From Lama guanicoe (taxonomy: Eukaryota), in contig MU053881.1 of assembly GCA_013239625.1 (NCBI GenBank), positions 16,856,373 through 16,886,337 of the forward strand: a stretch of 29,965 nucleotides of DNA, in the 5' to 3' direction. Below are positions 23,398-29,965 of the stretch, piece by piece. The stretch's first letter is position 1. Every line of letters begins with the position of its first letter. The position numbers and the translations under genes were made by a program. Under the pieces are notes generated by a model. It was not told where the DNA came from. It made no database searches and saw nothing but the letters and a program-made list of their open reading frames with translations.

Positions 23398-23604
23398 TGC
23401 TAACTACTATACGTAGGCTAGATAAACAAGTTGATCCTATATAGCTCAGGGAACTATATTCAATATCTTGTAGTAACCTATAATGAAAAAGAATATGAAA
23501 AGGAATATATGTATGTATCCGTATGACTGAAACATGATGCTGTACACCAGAAATTGACACAACATTGTAAACTGACTATACTTCAATTAAAAATGGAAGA
23601 AAAG
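23398..23604 (+). mobile_element. Short L1 3' end with perfect 14-bp TSD
   Basis: tatagctcagggaactatattcaatatc...actgactatacttcaattaaaaa. TSD AGAATTTCTGTTCC at 23384-23397 and 23605-23618. Confidence 0.88.
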
Positions 23605-24110
23605 GAGAATTTCTGTTCCCCAAAGATATCCTTAATAAAGTTAACAGGCAAATGGAAAACTGGGACAAGATCATTTGCACTGTGTAAAACCGACAAGAGA
23701 ACACTCTGGAGAAGAACAAACAAGAAGAAATAGGACCCTCAATACAGATGTGAATGAAGGATATGAGCAGAAAAGTCGCAGAAGGATTTACTCAGGCAAA
23801 TGAAAGGATGCTCAAAAAAAAAAAGTTGGGGAGATGAATAAAAGCAATGAAATTTTACTGTATATGTATTCAGTTCCCCAGGTTAGAATTGCTTTCTTGA
23901 TGTGCAAATGGGGAGAAAGGAATCCTCCTGCATTGCTGGTGAGAATGTAGAATGGTGAAAATCCAAACTACACCAGCAAATTCATACCATATCATTAAAA
24001 ATTGGTTAAAATCCACAGAAATTACAACACAAAAAGTGAGCCAGAAGGTAAGCTATGGACTTCAGTAATAATAATAGATCTATTTTCTATATAGTAGTGT
24101 GTATCTATAT

Positions 24111-24157
24111 AATACTACTACTACTACTACTACTACTAATAGTAATAATAATAATAA
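24111..24157. repeat. Compound microsatellite (TAC)n(TAA)n
   Basis: aatactactactactactactactactaatagtaataataataataat. Confidence 0.9.
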
Positions 24158-24204
24158 TCTGTAACGGTTCATCAGTTGGAACAAATGTACCACGCTAACA
24201 CATG

Positions 24205-24352
24205 TTTGTACAATATTTAACAGCATCCCTGACATCAGCCATCAGATGTCTGTAGCATCCCCTCCCTCCCACAATCATGACAAGCAAAACTGCCTCCAGA
24301 CATGTCCAAACATCCACTGTGGGGCAGAATGACCCCAGGCTAAGAACCCCTG
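24205..24352 (-). mobile_element. MER20-like fragment
   Basis: cagcatccctg...ctccagacatgtccaaa...ggggcagaat...aagaacccctg is the reverse complement of the MER20 5' half. Confidence 0.65.
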
Positions 24353-24533
24353 ACGCAGAAGCTGCAAAGGGCACCTAGGCTTGGTGAGAACCTGGAAGTC
24401 AGAGGGGTAAACAGAGAAGACCCCCAGCTGCCTCCCAAGCCTGAGATCCTCTCTTCTGGCCCTTCTCCCCAGCCCTGACCCCATCCCCAGGCTTGGCGGT
24501 GCTGCCCACAACCGTATGGTGCTTCCTTCCTAC

Positions 24534-24576
24534 CCTCTCTGTCCTGGTTCCCCTCTCCCTGGCCTGCCTCTTCCAT
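24534..24576 (-). CDS. Predicted upstream coding exon segment for OR copy 2 (MEEAGQGEGNQDRE + 1 nt)
   Basis: ATG at 24576, 43 nt open, GTAGGA donor at 24533. Phase 1 matches the acceptor at 17279/17278. Confidence 0.55.
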
Positions 24577-24679
24577 GAAGTGCCCAGCAGGAAAGGGCAG
24601 AAGGAGCTCTCCTGTTGGATGCTGTCAGCGGTACCCACAGGCAGGTGTGGGATTGGACCTAGGGGCTCCTAGAACTCAT

Positions 24680-24980
24680 CCTGTGTGCTTTATCCCTGCT
24701 GCAGGCTGCCAGCAGGCTGCTCCCTAGGGCCTCTCCAAGACAGCAACCTAGAAGATCTGTCCTCAGGGTCTGGAGAGGCTGGGAGGGACCTCAAGGGGCC
24801 TTTGGGAACTTGCAGCCTCTACTCCTTCCTCCAACTGTCCACACACAACAAAGGTCTCTGGTGTCACCTCTTCCCAGAAAGAACCCAGCCCTTGCTGAAG
24901 TCTGAGGAGCTCCCAGTCTAGGGGGTGGGGTTGGAGGACAGGGCTTGAAATAGATGCCCTTAGTCCCTTGGGGTGTAGGG
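24680..24980 (-). promoter_or_regulatory. Candidate promoter of OR copy 2 with clustered O/E (EBF)-like sites
   Basis: TCCCTAGGGC 24721-24730, TCCTCAGGGT 24760-24769, CCTCAAGGGG 24789-24798 and TCCCTTGGGG ~24964-24973. Paralogous to 14400-14770. Confidence 0.45.
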
Positions 24981-25706
24981 ATAAGGTTAGAGGGAAGGCA
25001 GGAGCTGGAGGAGCCTAGAGTGAGATTCCAGGGCTGGATGGCTTTTCAGAATAAGAGTCATTTGGGACTGGGTCCTGGGGACTGGTTTCTTATGTGCAAT
25101 GTGTCTTCTGGCCAAACTAGACGGCCCCACCTCTCTTCCCAAATTCTGCTCTATTCCTATTGTCCTGGTGATCCAGGGAGACAGTCTGACATTCGCATGT
25201 GCCTCCCTGTGATAAGATGTAACGTAAAACAAACATAAAAAAAATTTGGTCTTTTGGTGGTGTCTTTGGTTCCTGACCCTCTGAAAAGAGTGTCTTTTTA
25301 TGCTAATGAGATGACTGATGACTATGGGTTTATCTTTATGAAATCACTTTTGCCTCCAACTCAAATATTTGGTCTCATCTTTGAGTTAATAGTTAACATG
25401 CCACAAAGGGCCCCCTTCCTGGATCCTCAGTGACATATATTCTCAAACACCAGTGTGGGAGTCAGATAGACCTAAACCTCCTTGTGACTCCCTTCATTCA
25501 CATTTGTGTGACCTCTGCCAACGCTTCTCATCTTCATAATGAAGGGACCATCTCTGACCTCTCTCTGTTCCATATTGAGATAGCACTCTGCCTTTCAACT
25601 CACTCCCCAAACAGCTGCAACTTTAACACAGTAATAAAAATGGATGTTGTATTGAAAATTATGTGTGGGAAAAATGGAAAGGGATTTCAATAAGATGTCA
25701 GCAGCA

Positions 25707-25874
25707 GGGGGGGAGGGTTTAGCTCAAGTGGTAGAGTGTGTGCTTAGCATGCATGAGGTCCTGGGTTCCTTCCCCAGTATTTCCTCGAGAATAAATAAAA
25801 TAAATAATTTAATTAATTAATTAATTAATTAACCTAATTACCGTCCCCCCCGAAACATAACAAAACAAAACAAA
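25707..25874 (+). mobile_element. tRNA-derived SINE (camelid Vic-1-like)
   Basis: G-rich 5' end, A box TAGCTCAAGTGG, B box GGTTCCTTCCC, (TAAT)n tract and (CAAAA)n tail. TSD AAGATGTCAGCAGCA (25692-25706) / AAGATGTCAGTGGCA (25875-25889); empty site near 15443. Confidence 0.85.
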
Positions 25875-26790
25875 AAGATGTCAGTGGCACACTTTTACAT
25901 GCCTGTGTTCTTACCTAAGCACTGACCCCCTCTTCCCTTTCTCTCTCCTCCCTTTCTTTCTTCCCTCTTCCTTCTTACCTCCATCCTCTTCCCTTCTTCC
26001 CCATCCTCATATGCATATTGCCTTAGTACCAACCTCCTTCTCCTTCCTTCCATCTTGCCCAGATTCTGCCCCATATATTTTTTAAATGATCAATTAAATA
26101 ATCAATTAAATGGTCAGATCTCTTTAAAGGACTTTATTCCCCCTAGCCTAGCACTCTCTTGTCTCTCTCTCTCTGTCTCTCTCTCCCTCTTGCTCTCTCT
26201 TCACTTTGCATTCTAACTTCCTTCACCCAGTTCAGCGCAACAGAAAAACTTGCCTTGCAGTCTATAGCTCCAAAACCTAGCACAAAACTGTAAAGAACAC
26301 ACCATTTTCTCTAAGGCAAGAACTTTTTTTTGTACATTTGCTGTAATTAAGATATAATAATAATAAAACATTAGGCACAGTACTTTATACATAAAGACTC
26401 AATTCTGGTGGCACTTATCACTATCCTTGTAATTTTATTCTTATTTTGAGGGGTGGGGGAACGAAGCCTTCTTGTGCTAGTCCATTCAAGAAGAATCATG
26501 TCCATCAGGGGCCTGACACTTCCCTGTGATGCTCTCCACCTGCCTATAGATAGATAATGCATTCTAAGGCACAGATAATGTGATGGAATTCATCTCACTG
26601 GGTAAAAATAAGAGACTTTGATGGCTTGGGCCTATGCAAGAGGGGAAAGCAAGTTGGAGAAAAGCAAACATCTAGTACACATCTAACTCCTATGGAGTGG
26701 AGGTATTTTCGGAGACCTGAATCACCACAAAAGCTGTATGGACACAGACATTATTAAACCCAAATCATCTGTCACATTTCCATGCCACCA

Positions 26791-27741
26791 TCAGGAGCTT
26801 GAGGGACAGAATGTTCTGTGGAAGGTTCTCTTCATGGCATTCTTCAGCTCCTTATTCCTGAGGCTGAAAATGATCGGGCTAAGAAAGGGGGTGAAGACTG
26901 TATAGGTGGTGGCCATCAGAGTGTTGCTGTCCATGGAATGGGGGCCCTTGGGCTTTAGGTAGATCATGGAGGCAAAGCCGTAGTGCACAATCACTATGGT
27001 GAGGTGGGACACACATGTGGAGAAGGTCTTGTGCCGGCCCTCAGCTGAGGGGATCCTCAAGATGGCAGCCACGATGAAGACGTAGGAGAGGATGATGAGG
27101 AATAAGCACCCCATCAGGGCTGTGACACAAACCAGGATGACACCCATGGTGACAGATGATGTCTCCTTCCCACAGGCCAACTTCAATAGAGAAAGCACAT
27201 GGCAGAGAAAATGGTGGATCTCATTAGACCCACAGAAGGTGAGATGAAAAACTATCAGTGTCACCATCATTCCCATGACTGAGCCACCAGCCCAGGACCA
27301 GGACACGAGACGGGCACAGTCACGTGTGCTCATGAGCACGTTGTAGCGCAGGGGGTGGCAGATGGCCACGTAGCGGTCATAGCCCATGATCATGAGCAGG
27401 AAGGAGTGGGTGAAGCCAAATGTGAAGGAGAAGAACATCTGGCTGGCACAGGCAGTGAAGGAGATGGAGCGGTGGGTGGAGAGCATGTCCGCCAGCATTC
27501 GAGGGGTGACGGCAACAGTGAACAGAATCTCAGAGACGGAGAGGGTGCACAGGAAGAGGTACATGGGGGTGTGGAGGCTGCGCTCCCTCCAGATGGTGGC
27601 CATGATGAGCAGGTTCCCCAGGAGTGTGAACAGGTACATCAGCAGGTACAGCAGGAAGAAGGCAGGCAGGAGATGCTGAGGGAAGTTGGAAAAGCCGATG
27701 AGGATGAATTCAGACACTGTGCTATAGTTCTGACCAGACAA
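26791..27741 (-). CDS. OR10H4: Olfactory receptor OR10H4/OR10H3-like, copy 3 (most canonical; begins at TTG, predicted exon start 27752, first exon outside the window)
   Basis: 316-codon open frame with intact ACASQMFF, MGYDRYVAICHPLRY, KTFSTCVSHL and PFLSPIIFSLRNKE. First codon TTG; no in-frame ATG until Met35 in TM1; in-frame TAG a short distance upstream. Confidence 0.9.
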   Translation of the reverse strand: MSGQNYSTVSEFILIGFSNFPQHLLPAFFLLYLLMYLFTLLGNLLIMATIWRERSLHTPMYLFLCTLSVSEILFTVAVTPRMLADMLSTHRSISFTACASQMFFSFTFGFTHSFLLMIMGYDRYVAICHPLRYNVLMSTRDCARLVSWSWAGGSVMGMMVTLIVFHLTFCGSNEIHHFLCHVLSLLKLACGKETSSVTMGVILVCVTALMGCLFLIILSYVFIVAAILRIPSAEGRHKTFSTCVSHLTIVIVHYGFASMIYLKPKGPHSMDSNTLMATTYTVFTPFLSPIIFSLRNKELKNAMKRTFHRTFCPSSS

Positions 27742-28670
27742 GGATGCTGCATCTGATGAGATCAGAAATAGGGTGACGTCACAGCGGCTAAAACATAGGC
27801 TCTAACATAGATTAAATGGCAATTAAGGACCTCCATACTATATGATCTGGCACTATATAAATGTGCCCATAGGCCACAGCTGAGCACCAAAGAGTGATAA
27901 TATGTAGAGGATGGAGTAACTAGCTAGATGACACCATGAAGAAAAATTAGAAAATCCAGAAGGCAAAATGTTCTATAGAACACCTGGTCTGGTCTCATCA
28001 AGTCAGGACGAAGAAGAGGGTGAAGAGGAATTCAAGGGACATAACAACCATGTGCAATATTGGGAATCAGATATTTAGATAAGCTAGTTGTTAAGTAGTT
28101 TTAAGGAAATAGGTAAGATTTTGATTGTGGTATGAATGAATGATGAGTTAAAAATAATATGAAGAGATTATTCTTAATCTAGTTGTTAATTTTAAGTGTG
28201 ATCTTATTATTTTGGCTTTGAAGGAAAGTATTACTAGCTTAAAAGCATATTGAAATTTAAAATGTACACACACATGCACACAACAAGAGACAAAGAAGAC
28301 CATTTTATGAAGATTATTGGAACATTGTACAACCTGCATGAATATAATTAACCTGTAGAACAATATACCCTAGATTATTAGTAATAAATAAAGAACACCA
28401 CTTCTGTGAAACAGATATGAGATAGGAATAGCTAAATCAATACTAGATAGACAGGCTAAAAAGTTGAAATCACAAATTTTAACAGAATTCAGAAATGTAA
28501 TTTGGGAATTATCAGTTATAATACAATTAATAATATTCAGACATTAGCTCCTGGATATAATTGGGCTCCTCTCCAGAGATCAAACATTTTCTTTTCAACC
28601 AGAAAGAGGGGTTTAACAAAATTTGACCTTGTTTTGGACTCAGAGAAATTCCCCATCCACTTTGAAATGT

Positions 28671-28750
28671 TGTGTGTGTGTGTATATATATATATTTATA
28701 AATATATATATAAGTTATATATATTTTTATAAAAAATATATAGTATATAG
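28671..28750. repeat. (TG)n(TA)n microsatellite / AT-rich low complexity
   Basis: tgtgtgtgtgtgtatatatatatat... Confidence 0.85.
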
Positions 28751-29965
28751 ATTACAGTGCACAAAAGTTGGAAATCAATAGGGAAAATATTCCAAATTCC
28801 GTAAGTTGGAAACTCAATATAGTGCTAAATAATACTTTATTTCAAGAGTAAATCTTTGACACAGCATTGTAAAATGAGTATTGCTCAATAAAAAAAAGTT
28901 TTAAAAAAGATTAAATTATAAAATGAATAAAGAAATGCTTATAATTAAATCATTTAAGCATCAAATGTCAAGTTTTTAAGCTAAAACAGTTCTATGTTGG
29001 GGAACATACTACTTTAAATATATATATCAAGAAATTTTACCCAGAAAAATTGTGCTTAATACAACAAAAATCAGCAATTATAAAAAATTAATAAGATAGA
29101 AACAAGGACAAGATGCCAAGAAAATATAACATTAAAACTCGGAAACAATTAGAGAAATAAATGATATTTTTAAATTACTAAAAAGAGTAAGAAAAATATA
29201 AATGAAGAAATATGAAACAGTAAGTGAAATGATTAAATCATCAGAAACATGTAACATTTCATAACTGGTACAGGAACAAATAGAAACCCTGGATATTTTA
29301 AAAAGTTTTAGAGAAATTGAAGTGGTAAAAGACCTTCTCTTTTATAATCATCGGCCCCAGTGAATCTGCGGTGAGTGCTCCTAAATTTGTAAGGAACAGT
29401 TGATGAATATCTTACACATGTTCTTCAAAAACAAACAAAAAACAGAAAAATATCTGAAACTGCTCAACTCATTTCACTGAGGTAATGCAGTCTTGATATT
29501 AAAACTAGGTAAGAAAAGACAAATTATGGGCCCACTTTACCTATCCATGCAGATTTTAAAATCCATTAAAAGGCATCATCTAGTCAAATAAAATGGTTTC
29601 ATAACAATAGTAAATTATGATCAAGTGGTGTTGGTTTAGCCCAAGAGTGACAAGACGGTGCAGCATCAGATAACCTGTCATGTGATTCATCATATCAACA
29701 AACTAACCAAGAAAGATCATAGAGTTCTTTTGATCAAGGAAAGAAGATATTTTCCAAAATTCAACTACTTGTGTGATTTTTTAAATTTTACATAATGTGA
29801 CATATAACACTGTGTCAGTTTTAGGTATATAAGACAATGATTTGATACAGGTACACCCATTTATGATTTTTTAAAAAGCCTTTTTGCAACATGAAATCAA
29901 AGGGGGCTTTCTTAGGTACTCAAAGAATATATACTACAAAACCAGCACATAGTATCTGAGAGGGG

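Larger units (their letters stand above)
22660..24200 (+). mobile_element. Ancient degraded L1 ORF2 3' region, interrupted by younger insertions
   Basis: Decayed L1 motifs (tttcctggatgggatg, ttgtggtaggaaaactg, ggaaaactgggacaagat, cattgctggtgagaatgtagaatggt). Confidence 0.5.
7770..29965. repeat. Tandem segmental array of three OR10H units (~7770-15350, ~15350-25600, ~25600 to beyond window end)
   Basis: Collinear shared landmarks: cacagtaat(g/a)a at ~7793/15379/25627, a CT-rich tract, the 3' flank, the OR exon and an old L1. The hAT fragment, GC-rich block and MER21-like piece occur in units 1 and 2. Confidence 0.85.

Noticed and set aside
25716..25780. tRNA-like sequence
   Set aside because: G-run head, AT-rich tail and TSD identify a SINE, not a tRNA gene.

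Overview
Mammalian, repeat-rich genomic DNA holding a class II olfactory receptor cluster of the OR10H subfamily. The host is probably a camelid, judged from recalled SINE and L1 3'-end sequence. One OR10H1-like gene on the + strand (5439-6386) lies tail-to-tail with three tandem OR10H3/OR10H4-like genes on the - strand (8806-9756, 16152-17267, 26791-27741). Each of the three sits in a ~7.5-10 kb duplicated unit with shared old L1, hAT and MER21-like fragments plus unit-specific L1/SINE insertions with TSDs. Main observation: all three - strand genes have TTG where the OR10H1-like paralog has its ATG. In the two complete units, a conserved GC-rich, O/E-site-rich block 4.5 and 7.3 kb upstream carries an ATG, 43 coding nt and a phase-1 GTAGGA donor. 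This would splice exactly in frame into the OR exon, predicting split-CDS ORs with an acidic N-terminal leader (MEEAGQ...DAASLSGQNYS). The middle copy has an in-frame, mosaic 165-nt internal duplication (an extra TM4). The first copy has lost the conserved TM3 Cys and the DRY Arg. The coding regions show signs of gene conversion.
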